From an uncultured Gemmatimonadales bacterium (GTDB lineage: Bacteria; Gemmatimonadota; Gemmatimonadetes; Gemmatimonadales; GWC2-71-9): 64,000 nt of DNA. This document shows positions 1 through 10,939 of the stretch, piece after piece (within the stretch, counting starts at the first letter, position 1; the number at the start of each line of letters is the position of its first letter). Below the pieces are notes generated by a model that saw nothing but the letters and a program-made list of their open reading frames with translations, had not been told where the DNA came from and searched no databases. The position numbers and the translations under genes were made by a program. The stretch is from positions 64,001-128,000 of the forward strand of contig CAWGED010000003.1 of NCBI GenBank assembly GCA_963821525.1. The letters run 5' to 3'.

Positions 1-797
1 ATCGGCCTGACCACGCTGCGGGACTACGACGAGTACACCTTCACCCACTCGGTCAACGTCTGCATCCTTGCCGTCGCGATCGGCAAGAAGCTCGGCCTCC
101 AGCGGCTGCAGCTCTACGATCTTGGGATGGGTGCGCTGCTGCACGACGTAGGGAAGGCGCGAATTCCGGTGGACGTGCTCAACAAGACCAGTGGGCTCAA
201 CGACGATGAATGGCAGCCTGATGCAGACCCATCCCTGGCTCGGGGTGCTGACGCTGTTCAACATGCGAGCCTACGGTGAGATTCCCTACCGGCAGATCGT
301 GGTCGCGCACGAGCACCACATGAAGACCGATCTGACCGGGTACCCGAAAGCACTGCGGCCCAGGGAGCAGGGGATCTACTCCCGCATCGTGGCGGTGGCG
401 GACGGGTACGACGCGGCCACGACCCGACGTAGCTATCAGACGATACCGATTCAGCCCGACCAGGTGCTGCGGGAGATGTGGGAGAACCCCCGCCGCGGCT
501 ACGATCGGATCCTGGTCAAGGCGCTGATCAACCTGATCGGGATCTACCCGGTAGGCACCTGTGTCATTCTCGATACGCTGGAGGTGGCGGTGGTCTCGGC
601 GCCGAATCCGGACGGCGGGCAGCTCAACCGGCCGCTCGTCAGAATCGTGATCGACCAGGATGGCGCCGGCGTGCCCCCGCCGGGGCGAACCGAGAAGCCT
701 TGCGGAGCAGGACGCCAGCGGTTCCTTCCTGCGCTCTATCGTGAAGGTCACCAATCCCGATCGGTACGGCATCGTTGTCGGCGACTACTTCGTCTGA
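1..797 (+). CDS. HD-GYP domain phosphodiesterase (5' truncated by window; frameshifts near 213 and 690)
   Basis: Frame 1 reads DYDEYTFTHSVNV...LLHDVGK, continuing as HEHH...TGYP...IVAVADGYDA; ends VGDYFV* at 797. Confidence 0.85.
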
Positions 798-1592
798 GTC
801 CGCGCTCTCCGCCGCCTGGAGCGACCTGCGCCGCCGGGGACGCACCGCGCTCATCCCCTATCTCACGGCCGGCCATCCTTCCCTCGAGGCGAGCCTGGAC
901 GCGCTGCGCCGGGCGGACGAGCAGTGTGACATTCTCGAGGTCGGTGTACCATTCAGCGACCCGCTGGCCGACGGCCCGACCATCCAGCGTTCGACCTTCG
1001 AAGCGTTGCAACAGGGGATGACTCTTGCCCGCACGCTCGAACTGGTCGAGAGCGCGCGATTGACCAAGCCGGTCGTGATCTTCAGCTATCTCAATCCGGT
1101 CTGGCGCTACGGGGTCGATCGCTTTCTGAAAGACGCCGCCGATCTCGGGATCGCCGGCCTGCTGCTCACCGATCTTCCGGTCGGGACCGATCCCGCCATC
1201 GAGCGGGCCGTCGCCCAGAGTCCCCTTGGACTTGATTCGGCTCATCGCGCCGACCACGACAGGACCCCGCCTGAGACAGGTAGTCGCCGGTGCCGAGGGG
1301 TTCCTGTATCTGGTGGCGCGGCTCGGAGTCACCGGTGCGACGAGCGAACTCTGGAGCGGACTCGAGAGCTACGTCGACACGAATTCGTGAGGCCACCAAA
1401 CTGCCGCTCGCGGTCGGATTCGGGATCTCGACGCCGGAACAGGCGACCCGAGTCGCCGGACTGGCCGACGGAGTGGTGGTGGGGAGTGAGCTGGTGAGGA
1501 CCTTGGGACAGGAAGGGCCGGCCGCCGCGGGACGGTTGCTGACCGCGCTTCGCGCCGCGCTCGACGCCAAAGACCAGGCCAGGTCGTCATGA
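775..1592 (+). CDS. trpA: Tryptophan synthase alpha chain (frameshifted)
   Basis: [48 protein letters not shown] across ORFs 775 and 1290. Confidence 0.93.
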
Positions 1593-3671
1593 CATACAAC
1601 GCCCGCGGGGCGCTCAGCATCTACACCAAAGTTCTGGCCTGGGGCGGCTCGGCGCTGCTGATCGCCTTGTTGTGGAGCGACCGGCGCTGGATGGAGCAGC
1701 CCTGGATCACGCTCTTCATGCTGGGCGCGATCATCGCGCTGCGCCGCGGGCAAATCCCGCTCTCCAAGTTCTCCTACCTGACCCAGGTCGGCGTCGTGGT
1801 GCTGGTCGGCGCGGTCACGGTCGGCCCGGGGCCGGTGGCCTTTGCGCTGGGCATCGGCATTTTCACCTGCGACGCCTTCCTGCTCCGCAAGATGCTGATG
1901 GCCTCGTGGATCAATGCCGGCCGCGAAGTCATCGGTTTCGTCGCCGCGTATGGGGCCTACGCCTTCGTCTTCCATTTCACATCTCCGAGCGGTGTCAGCC
2001 TCGAGTACCTCCCGTCGGCCGTGACACTCGCGGGGATGTACTTCTTCTTCACCCGGGCACTCTTCTACTTCACTCTGCTGGTTCGCGGCAAGCTCGAGGC
2101 CCACGAGGGCCTCATGATCCTGCGGTACGAGATCCTCGCGTACCTGCTGACCCTGATCGCGGCGGTGGTATCGGGTGGCGCCATCATGGCGCTGCCGCCC
2201 GAAGGGTGGATCACCGTCCTCGCCGTACTGGGCGTCCTCGGGCTCCTCACCAAGCGCATCCTGGAAGAGGCGATCGCCGCCGAGGAGCTCAACAAGATCG
2301 CGCTGCGCGAGCGGATCATCACCAGCAACCTCACCTTGGGTGACGCCTTCACCCAACTCGAGAAGCTCGCGAACCGGGTGCTCGACTGGGGCGACTTCCG
2401 GATCTACCGGCTCCGTGAGGAGCAGCCGGTCCTGGTCTATCGCGGGGCGCTGGGCTGGGAGGGAAGGGGAGATCCTCCCTTCGACAGCGCCGCGCTGCGG
2501 GCGATTGCGATTCGGACCGGCGAACCGGTCGTGGTGGTGGACTCACGACGGGACGAGCGGATCATGGCGCCCAGTGCTGCCGCGCTGAGCATGATGGTGC
2601 TGCCGCTCCGCTTCGGGAACGAGACCATCGGCACCTTCGAGGTGGATCACCACAAGACGCGCACCTACGGCAAGAAGGAAATCGCGGCCGCTTCCACCTT
2701 CGCCGCTCAGCTGGCCACCGCCATCCACATCGCCGACCTGCGCCGGCCGCTGGTGGAAACGGTCGACGGGACTGGGCGAGCAGATTCGTGCGCTGGCCGC
2801 GACGGCCGAAGCGCTCCGCGGTGCTGCCGCCGCAACCGCGGCCGCGGCACAGCAGATTCGAGGTGGCGTGGCGGAGCAGGAACAGCTGGTAGCCCGCGGC
2901 CTCGAGGCGACCGAGAGCCTGTCGAGCCAGGCGCGCGAGGTGGCCGATCACGGCGGCGCCGCGGTCGTCGTCTCCGACCTTGCCGCGAACGTGGCGACGC
3001 GCAATCGGGAATCGATTCAGGACGCGATCCAGCGGCTGGTTCAACTGCACAGCTTCGTGTCCGTCACCGCGGGACAGGTTGGCGAGCTGTACCAGGTGAC
3101 GAACCGGCTGATCGGCTTCATCGCGACGATCAGGGAGATCGCCGACCTTACCAACCTCATCGCCCTCAACGCCGCGATCGAGGCGGCCCGCGCCGGGCAA
3201 CAGGGGAAGGGATTCGCCGTCGTCGCCGAAGAGGTGCGGCAGCTCGCGGCCCAGAGCGGTGAAGCGTCACGTGAAGCCGGCGGACTGGTCGCGGCGATCC
3301 TGGGCCAGGTCGCCCAGATTTCCGAAGAGATGGATCGCGGGCAGGCGACGGTTCGCGGCGTGGAGCACCTGTCGGCCAACGCGGCGAAGGCGCTGGAGGA
3401 TATCGTCGGCGCCACCCATGATGCCGGAGCCCATGCGCGCCGCATCGCGGATACCGCGGGCCGGCAGGAACAGGGCGTGAGCCGGCTGCGGGACCAGATG
3501 GCCGGAGTCGTTTCGGTTTCGGCCCGCACGCTCGAGCAGGCCAACAGCGCCGCTCGCCGTGCCTCGGAGACTTCGCGCAGTCACGCCGACCTCGAGCGGG
3601 CCATTCGCGAACTGTCGAACGTCACCGAGCATCTCGAGGCCATCGCCCGGCATTTCTCGCACGACCTATGA
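1589..3671 (+). CDS. Methyl-accepting chemotaxis protein with multi-pass membrane domain and GAF domain (frameshift near 2770)
   Basis: Several TM helices, GAF-like segment ([17 protein letters not shown]), MCP signature [37 protein letters not shown]. Confidence 0.85.
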
Positions 3672-4106
3672 ACCTGCGCGAACGGGTGTATGTCGCCCTC
3701 GGCAGCAACATGGGCGACCGTGACGCCTACCTGGCCAAGGCCCGAGAGGCCCTGGCGAAGCTCCCTCTCACCACCGTTCTGGCCGAGTCCAAGGTCGAGG
3801 AGACCGAGCCGGTTGGCCCGGTCCCCCAGGGGAAATTCCTGAACCAGATGATATTGGTGGAGACCGGACTGGATCCCGGCCGCTTTCTCAAGCTGTTGCA
3901 CAAGATCGAGGACGAGAACGGGCGAAGCCGCGAGGCAACGCTGGGGGCCCCGAACTCTGGATCTCGATATCGTGCGCTACGGCACCCGGCGCCTGCGGGA
4001 TCCGGATCTGCGCATTCCTCACCCGGAGCTGCCGAATCGCGACTGGTGGCAGCGGGAGATGGAGGAGGTGGACGCGTTGGCGCCAAAGAAAGTAGAGAAA
4101 GAGTGA
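3668..4106 (+). CDS. folK: 2-amino-4-hydroxy-6-hydroxymethyldihydropteridine diphosphokinase (frameshift near 3930)
   Basis: [22 protein letters not shown]; shifted frame gives [12 protein letters not shown]...IPHPEL. Confidence 0.92.
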
Positions 4107-4233
4107 TGGTCGATGGGTCCTGAGTCGTGGGTCTTGGGTCGTGGGTCCGGCGGCTTAGGTTTTCGTAAACTCGAGAGTGTGAATCAGGATTGCAGACCTT
4201 CGACTCAAGACTCAAGACTGAAGACTCACGACC
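4107..4233. repeat. Heptamer-arm inverted repeat (TGGGTCK / GACTCAA)
   Basis: tgggtcctgagtcgtgggtcttgggtcgtgggtc ... gactcaagactcaagactgaagactcacgacc. Confidence 0.8.
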
Positions 4234-5047
4234 ATGCCCGACGACCAAGCCCGCGCCCTGACCATCCGCGACCTGCTCGACGCCAAGCGCGAAGGGCGGA
4301 AGATCGTCGTCCTCACCTGCTACGACGCGCTCACCGCGCGGGTACTCGATCCGATCGTGGACCTGCTCCTGGTCGGAGACTCGGTCAACCAGGTCGTCGC
4401 CGGTCACGGGACCACGCTAAGCGCGACGCTGGACCAGATGATCTATCACGCCGCCGCGGTGCGCCGGGGTGCGCAACCGCGCACTGGTGTTCGTGGATCT
4501 GCCGTTCCTGACCTATCAGATCTCGATCGCCGAGGCGCTGCGCAATGCGGGCAGAGTCCTGCAGGAGAGCGGGGCGCACGGCGTCAAGCTGGAAGGCGGC
4601 CGTCACATGGCCGAGACGATCCGCGCCCTGGTACAGGTCGGCATCCCCGTGATGGGACACCTCGGCCTCACGCCGCAGTCGGTCAACGCGCTCGGCGGGT
4701 ACCGGGTTCAGGGCAGGGAGGCCGATACCGGCACCCGGCTCCTGGAAGATGCCAAGGCGCTGGAAGAGGCGGGTGCCTGTTCGATGGTTCTCGAGCTGAT
4801 TCCGGCCGAGCTAGCGGGCCGGATCAGTGCGGCGGTGCGGGTACCGACAATCGGCATCGGGGCCGGCGCTTCCTGCGACGGGCAGGTGCTGGTGCTGCAG
4901 GACATGCTCGGCCTCAATCAGGACTTCACTCCCAAATTTCTCAAGAAGTACGCCGATCTCACCTCCGCCATCCGCCAGGCGGCTGTGGCATACGCCGATG
5001 ACGTGCGGGCCGGACGGTATCCTGGGAAGGAGCACAGTTTTGAGTAG
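4234..5047 (+). CDS. panB: 3-methyl-2-oxobutanoate hydroxymethyltransferase (frameshift near 4473)
   Basis: LTCYD, LLVGDS, VKLEGG, VMGHLGLTPQS, PTIGIGAG..CDGQVLV. Confidence 0.95.
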
Positions 5048-5235
5048 CCGTTAGCCGTAAGCCGTCAGCCATAGGCTCCGTGCAAGCAGACGCAAAGACA
5101 AGGACCCAAGATCAGGAAGACATCAGGGATAGAAGATGAATTCAAATTGTGCTGCGACCCCTCTGTGCTCTCTGTGCCTCTGCGTTTAAGACTCACTCGG
5201 CCTCGGCCAAGAGCCAAGCTGACGGCTGACGGCTG
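5045..5235. repeat. Heptamer-arm inverted repeat (AGCCGTY / GACGGCT) with nested 9-mer-type repeat
   Basis: tagccgttagccgtaagccgtcagcc ... gctgacggctgacggctga outside; gcagacgcaaagacaagg ... ctctgtgctctctgtgcctctgcg inside. Confidence 0.75.
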
Positions 5236-6093
5236 ATGGCTCTCCCCGAATTCCCCGACATTCCCAGTCTCCGCTCCTGGATCGCCCGCGAGCGCGGAGC
5301 AGGGAAGCGCATCGGGCTCGTGCCGACCATGGGCGCGTTGCACGAAGGCCACCTCTCGCTGGTGGATCATGCCCGTCGCCATGCACAGAGCGTGGTGATG
5401 AGCATCTTCGTCAACCCGCTGCAGTTCGGTCCGAAGGAAGACTTCGGCCGATACCCGCGCGATCTCCATCGCGACCGCGCGCAGGCCGAGGGACGCGGAG
5501 TGCACGCGCTGTTCGTGCCGACGGTGGAGGCGATGTACCCGCCCGGCGCGGAGACCCGGGTCGTGCCCGGCAGCTCGGCCGAGCGCTGGGAAGGAGAGAT
5601 GCGGCCGGGACATTTCGCCGGGGTGCTCACGGTTGTGGCGAAGCTGTTCCACATCGTTCAGCCGGACGTCGCCGTGTTCGGGCAGAAGGACATCCAGCAG
5701 GCGGTCCTGATTCGGCAGATGGCGCGTGACCTGGACTGGCCGCTCGAGCTGATTATCGCCCCGACGGTTCGCGAGGCGGACGGCCTGGCGCTCAGCAGCC
5801 GCAACGCCTACCTGGATCCGGCTCAACGCCGCGAGGCGCTGGCGCTGAGTCAGGCCCTCCGGGCCGCGGAACGTGCCTGGCACGCCGGAGAAGATGATGC
5901 GGCGCGGCTCGAGGCGGCGATGCGAGAGGTGTTCCGGCTGCATCCGTCGGTCAGCGTGGACTATATTGCGATCGTTGATGAACGTCTCGCGCCGACGGCA
6001 CGCGCTTCGGCCGGCACCGTCGTCGCTGTGGCGGCCCGCGTCGGCACTACGCGGCTGCTCGATAACCTCATACTCGGCGTGGAGTTTCCTTGA
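5236..6093 (+). CDS. panC: Pantoate--beta-alanine ligase
   Basis: VPTMGALHEGH, SIFVNPLQF, RPGHFAGV, FGQKD, READGLALSSRN. Confidence 0.97.
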   Translation: MALPEFPDIPSLRSWIARERGAGKRIGLVPTMGALHEGHLSLVDHARRHAQSVVMSIFVNPLQFGPKEDFGRYPRDLHRDRAQAEGRGVHALFVPTVEAMYPPGAETRVVPGSSAERWEGEMRPGHFAGVLTVVAKLFHIVQPDVAVFGQKDIQQAVLIRQMARDLDWPLELIIAPTVREADGLALSSRNAYLDPAQRREALALSQALRAAERAWHAGEDDAARLEAAMREVFRLHPSVSVDYIAIVDERLAPTARASAGTVVAVAARVGTTRLLDNLILGVEFP

Positions 6094-6680
6094 CCGACGA
6101 GGCCAGCCCGGTTCGCCAGACGCCGGCAGGACTGCGGCCTACCACTCCGTCCTGGGCCACCGCCTCACCCGGGCGCGTGGCGCACATCGAGCGGGTCGCT
6201 CGACTGGTGCTCGACTGGGCGGAGGAGATGGGCGTTCCCGATTCGGAGCGGAATCGCTGGCTCCGCGCGGTGTGGCTGCATGACGCGCTGCGCGATGCGC
6301 CGCCCGAGGAGTTGGAGAAGTGGGCTCCAACCTCACCCGGTCCACCTGCGATACGGCATGGCCCCGCCAGCGCGGCGCGGGCCAAGGCCGACGGCGAAAC
6401 CGATCGCGGCGTGCTCGACGCGGTGCGCTACCACAGCATGGGGCTGGCGGAGTGGGACATGGTAGGCCGGGTCCTCTATTGCGCCGATTTCCTCGAGCCG
6501 GGCCGGAACTTCGATCAGAGCGGACGGGCCGACCTGGCGGCCCGTTTCCCCCGCGATCCAACCGGAGTGTTGCGCGAGGTGGCCCGGGCCCGGGTCTCTC
6601 GCCTGGTACAGTCGGGCTGGCCTCTCCCTGATCCGACGGTGCGCTTTTGGAACAGTCTCTTCTCACGCGCCGGCTCCTGA
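6090..6680 (+). CDS. YqeK-like HD-domain hydrolase (putative Ap4A hydrolase)
   Basis: WLHD, HGPASA, AVRYHSMG, LYCADFLEPGR match the YqeK motif order. Confidence 0.75.
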   Translation: MTDEASPVRQTPAGLRPTTPSWATASPGRVAHIERVARLVLDWAEEMGVPDSERNRWLRAVWLHDALRDAPPEELEKWAPTSPGPPAIRHGPASAARAKADGETDRGVLDAVRYHSMGLAEWDMVGRVLYCADFLEPGRNFDQSGRADLAARFPRDPTGVLREVARARVSRLVQSGWPLPDPTVRFWNSLFSRAGS

Positions 6681-7069
6681 TCGTCGCCGGAGTGCTCGGC
6701 GTCATCACTCTCGCGGCCCTCGTTCGTCCCCACCAGGACCGGGTGGCCGGCCACGCCTTTGCGATTCCATCGGCCGATGATCGCATCCTGGTCGAAGTGC
6801 TGAATGGCACAGAGCAGCAGGGCCTCGCCCGGCTGGGGACCCGGAAGCTGCGCCGCCAGGGACTGGACGTGGTCTTCTTCGGGAACTCCGGCCAGACGAC
6901 CGACTCGACCCTGGTTGTCGCCCGGCGCGGAGCACGGAACGCGGCCGAGCGGGTGCGCGAAGCCCTCGGCGTCGGCACGGTGGAGGTGGAGGCCGATACG
7001 CTGCGGCGGGTGGACGTGACGGTGATTCTGGGGGGGGATTTTCGACCGGAAGAGGATGGGAGGCCGTAG
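6647..7069 (+). CDS. LytR C-terminal domain membrane protein
   Basis: N-terminal TM, VEVLNGT..GLA, DVTVILGGDF. Confidence 0.8.
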   Translation: MEQSLLTRRLLIVAGVLGVITLAALVRPHQDRVAGHAFAIPSADDRILVEVLNGTEQQGLARLGTRKLRRQGLDVVFFGNSGQTTDSTLVVARRGARNAAERVREALGVGTVEVEADTLRRVDVTVILGGDFRPEEDGRP

Positions 7070-7070
7070 G

Positions 7071-7175
7071 GGATTGCCGATTGCTGATTGCCGATTGCTG
7101 ATTGGAGCGGCTCAACCCAAATCTCAATCTTCAATCTTATTCTCAATCTCAATCGGCAATCGTCAATCGGCAATT
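7071..7175. repeat. Heptamer-arm inverted repeat (GATTGCY / GGCAATC) with CTCAAT hexamer repeats in the spacer
   Basis: gattgccgattgctgattgccgattgctgattg ... caatcggcaatcgtcaatcggcaatt; gck stop lies in the right arm. Confidence 0.85.
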
Positions 7176-8547
7176 CTCACCAGTCCAATCACAACGTCCA
7201 TCACATTCGTCCCCGTCATCCCCGTCTTGAACAAGGCACCCGCTGAGGCCAAGGCGTCGTAGGCGTTGTGGGTCGCGAGATCCTTGGCAGGGTCTCGGCC
7301 CGCGGCTCGAATCGCCTCCCACGAATCCCCATCGACAATCGCCCCGGCCGCGTCGGTCGGGCCATCTCGACCATCAGTTCCAGCAACAAGCAACGTCACC
7401 TCTCTCCGTCCGCCCTGTCTCCGCCTGTCCCGTCCGCCGGTCCGCCGGTCCCAGCTCTCTCGCTGCAGCCAATGCCACCTCCTGCGCCCTGCCCCCACGA
7501 CCCGGAGTAGGGCCCGAGGGTCACCGTGGTCTCCCCGCCCCAAACGCAGACTGCATCTTTATTCAGGGCCCTGTCTTGCGCTCCCGGCGGGTTTTCGCCA
7601 TCATGAAGAAGTAGGTAAGCCGCGACCCGGGCCCCCGCGCTGGCTGCTTCCCCAGCCAACGCGGCATCAACCAGATGGGCCGTGAGTCCGAGGGTTCGTG
7701 CCTTAGCGCAGGCCGCCTCCAGCGCCAGCCGGTTGCTGGCAACGAGAACGGCCTGCGTCGTCTTGAAGGCGGGATGTTCAGGCTTGGGGGTCTCCGGAGT
7801 CTCTCCCCGCTCCACCGCCTGGAGAATTCGGCGGCATGGTTCGGGGACTCTCTCCCACAGGCCGGCGGAGGTCAGCAGCGCTCGCACTTCCGCGGCGGTG
7901 GACGAATCGGGCACGCATGGACCGGATCCAATAGCAGCCAGATCGTCCCCGATGACGTCCGAGATTGTGAAATTTTTCACGCGCGCCGGAGCGAGCGCGG
8001 CTGCGAGACGGCCTCCGCCCCAGAGGGAGAAACGCTTGCGGACCCGATTCATCGCAGTTATGTCGAGCCCGGAGCCAAGAAGCAGGCGGTAGAGCTCGGT
8101 CAGGTTCTGCGGAGTGAGTGGAGGAACCGGCGCAGCGAGCAGGCTGGTGGCGCCGCCGGAAAGAAGGACCCAGACTTCGTCGTCGGGTTGCACCCGAGCC
8201 ACCGCTGCCTGGAGCAGTTCGGCCGCTCGGAATGAGCCGGGACCCGGCTCGGGATGATCGCCTACGGCGACACCGAGTCGAGGATCAGGTGAAGGTGTTG
8301 GTTCCGGAGTGACGAGCAGGCCTCCGGCGAGATCCTGGTCGCGCTCCCTGAGCGCGGCGACGGCAGCAACGGCCATCGGGTAGGCCGCCTTGCCGAGTGC
8401 CAGAAGGTGTACCCGACGCTTGGGCTCCGACGGATGGGAGGCCAGCGCCGCACTCAGGGCGGGACCCGGTGCAGCCGCGGTGACGGCTGCCCAGTAGAGG
8501 TCCGCCAGCAGCGCCGTGCGTTGTTCGCGCGTTGCGAGTACGGCCAT
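7163..8547 (-). CDS. gck: Glycerate 2-kinase, class II (DUF4147/MOFRL, TtuD-like; frameshifts near 7400-7600)
   Basis: LALGKAA, GDHPEPG, LLSGGATSL, ISDVIGDD..IGSGP, GGETTV, AGTDGRDGPT, TGTNVMD. Confidence 0.9.
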
Positions 8548-8658
8548 GGTGCTCCGGACGTCGAGGGTGTTGGCGGCCGAAGTATGGCCGCGGACAGTAA
8601 TTCGCGCGAGAGCCCGGAGCTCTCGCTCTCGTCTTGTCTCCAGCGCTGAGGAAGCGTC

Positions 8659-9912
8659 ATGCCTGGTCGCAACCATCTTTTCGTCCCCGGTCCTACCAAT
8701 ACGCCCGATCGGATCCTGCGCGCGATGCACGTCGCGATGGAGGATCACCGCTCCTCGATCTTCCCCGAGCTGCCGCTCGGGCTCTTCGCCGAGCTGCGCA
8801 AGATCTTCAAGACCAAAGACGGGCAGCCGTTCATCTTCCCCGCCAGCGGAACCGGCGGCTGGGAAGCAGCCCTGAGCAATACTCTCTCGCCCGGCGACAA
8901 GGTTCTGTCGTTCCGCTACGGCCAGTTCAGCCACCTCTGGATCGACATGATGCAGCGGTTGGGACTCGACGTGCAGGCGATCGACGTCGAATGGGGCGAG
9001 GGCGCTCCGCCGGAGCAGATTCAGCAGATCCTGAGCGCCGACAAGGCGCACGCCATCCAGGCCGTCGCCGTGGTCCACAACGAGACCGCGACCGGCGTCA
9101 CCAGCGACATCGCCGCGGTGCGGAAGGCGATCGACGCGGCGGGACATCCCGCGCTCCTCTTCGTGGACGGCGTCAGCTCAATCGCCTCGCTCGACTTCCG
9201 GATGGACGAGTGGGGAGTGGACATGGCGGTCTGCGGATCCCAGAAGGGACTGATGCTTCCCGCCGGTCTCGGAATCATCTGTGCCAGTCAGAAGGCGCTT
9301 GCCCGGAGGGAGCAGGCGAAGCTGCCCCGGGTGTTCTTCGATCTGGGCGACATGATCAAGGCGAACGCCACCGGGTATTTCCCCTATACGCCGTCGTTGC
9401 CGCTGCTCTATGGCCTGCGGGAATCACTCGCGATCCTGGCGGAAGAAGGCCTGGAGAATGTCTTCGCCCGGCATCACCGCCTGGCCGAAGGGACTCGCGC
9501 GGCGGTCAAGGCCTGGGGACTCTCGCTCTGCGCCAAGGCGCCCAAGTGGCACTCGGACACCGTCTCGGCGATCCTGGTCCCGGCCGGCTTCAACGGCGCC
9601 GACGTGATCGATGTGGCGTATCGCCGGTACAACCTGGCCCTTGGTGCTGGTCTCAACAAAGTGGCCGGAAAGCTCTTCCGCATCGGCCATCTGGGAGATC
9701 TCAACGAACTGATGCTGATCAGCGGCATCGCCGGAGCGGAGATGGCGATGCGTGATGTGGGCATCAAGGTGACCCCTGGAAGCGGTCCCGCTGCCGCCGA
9801 GGAGTACTGGCGCAGCACGGCCGCGCCCCTTGCCACCAAGCAGGCGGCCGCCAGTCCCGACGCGGCCAAACCGGCTGAGACTCGAGCGACTCGCGCCCGC
9901 GTAGGCGCATGA
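8659..9912 (+). CDS. sgaA: Serine--glyoxylate aminotransferase
   Basis: Starts PGRNHLFVPGPTN like methylotroph SgaA; HNETATGV, DGVSS, PLP lysine motif GSQKGLMLP, FRIGHLG. Confidence 0.9.
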   Translation: MPGRNHLFVPGPTNTPDRILRAMHVAMEDHRSSIFPELPLGLFAELRKIFKTKDGQPFIFPASGTGGWEAALSNTLSPGDKVLSFRYGQFSHLWIDMMQRLGLDVQAIDVEWGEGAPPEQIQQILSADKAHAIQAVAVVHNETATGVTSDIAAVRKAIDAAGHPALLFVDGVSSIASLDFRMDEWGVDMAVCGSQKGLMLPAGLGIICASQKALARREQAKLPRVFFDLGDMIKANATGYFPYTPSLPLLYGLRESLAILAEEGLENVFARHHRLAEGTRAAVKAWGLSLCAKAPKWHSDTVSAILVPAGFNGADVIDVAYRRYNLALGAGLNKVAGKLFRIGHLGDLNELMLISGIAGAEMAMRDVGIKVTPGSGPAAAEEYWRSTAAPLATKQAAASPDAAKPAETRATRARVGA

Positions 9913-10910
9913 GCCACACGCGTTACGAGCCGGCCCGGGCCCGCCTGCAGCGCAGTGAGCTGGCGGTGCCCGGGTCCAATCCGGCCATGTTCCCCAAGGC
10001 GCTCGAGAGCGAGGCGGACTACATCTTCCTCGATCTCGAAGACGCCGTGGCGCCCGCCGACAAGGTTGCCGCGCGACTCCACGTCATCAAAGGCCTGCAG
10101 GAGTACGATTGGCGCGAACGCGGGAAGACCATCTGCGTTCGCATCAACGGCATCGATACCCACTACATGTACCGCGACGTGGTGGACGTCGTGGAACAGG
10201 CGGGCCAGCGGCTCGACACCATCCTGATCCCGAAGGTGGGCGTCCCGGCCGACGTGTACCTGGTTGACGCGCTGCTCACCCAGATCGAAACGGCGAAGGG
10301 CATCGGTCACCGCATCGGCATCGATGTCCTGATCGAAACCTCGCTCGGCATGGCGAATGTCGAGGCCATCGCGCAGAGCTCGAAACGGCTCGAGGCGATG
10401 CACTTCGGTGTCGCCGACTACGCGGCAAGCATGCGGGCCCGCACCGTCTCGATCGGCGGGCTCAATCCCGATTATCCCGGCGATCAATGGCACGCCTCGC
10501 TCACCAGGATGATCGTGGCCTGCCGCGCCTACGGGCTGCGGCCGATCGATGGTCCCTTCGGCGACTTCAAGGACGCCGAGGGCTACCTCGCGGCCGCCCG
10601 TCGTGGCGCCGCCTTGGGCATCGAAGGCAAGTGGGCGATTCACCCCTCCCAGATCGCGCTGGCCAACCAGGTCTTCACCCCGCCTCCCGCAGAAGTCGAA
10701 CGGGCCCAGCGCATCCTCGACGCGCTGGATGAGGCGGCTCGAAACGGCAAAGGCGCCGCCCAGCTCGACGGCAAGATGATCGATGCGGCGAGTGCCAGGA
10801 TGGCGTCGGTGATTGTCGACATGGCCAAGGCGATCAGACAGAACAGAGCCATCAGCCGTCAGCCGTCAGCCGAAGAGCATAGGCTGCACGCGCTGACGGC
10901 TGATGGCTGA
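9909..10910 (+). CDS. mcl: L-malyl-CoA lyase
   Basis: [56 protein letters not shown] (Methylobacterium Mcl type). Confidence 0.88.
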   Translation: MSHTRYEPARARLQRSELAVPGSNPAMFPKALESEADYIFLDLEDAVAPADKVAARLHVIKGLQEYDWRERGKTICVRINGIDTHYMYRDVVDVVEQAGQRLDTILIPKVGVPADVYLVDALLTQIETAKGIGHRIGIDVLIETSLGMANVEAIAQSSKRLEAMHFGVADYAASMRARTVSIGGLNPDYPGDQWHASLTRMIVACRAYGLRPIDGPFGDFKDAEGYLAAARRGAALGIEGKWAIHPSQIALANQVFTPPPAEVERAQRILDALDEAARNGKGAAQLDGKMIDAASARMASVIVDMAKAIRQNRAISRQPSAEEHRLHALTADG

Positions 10911-10917
10911 AGGCTGC
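10850..10917. repeat. Heptamer-arm inverted repeat overlapping the mcl 3' end
   Basis: catcagccgtcagccgtcagccg ... gctgacggctgatggctgaaggctg. Confidence 0.8.
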
Positions 10918-10939
10918 ACGGCATCACAAGGAGTCGATC

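Noticed and set aside
3668..6093. folK/panB as part of the C1 cluster
   Set aside because: folK-panB-panC is a common housekeeping arrangement; proximity alone is not evidence
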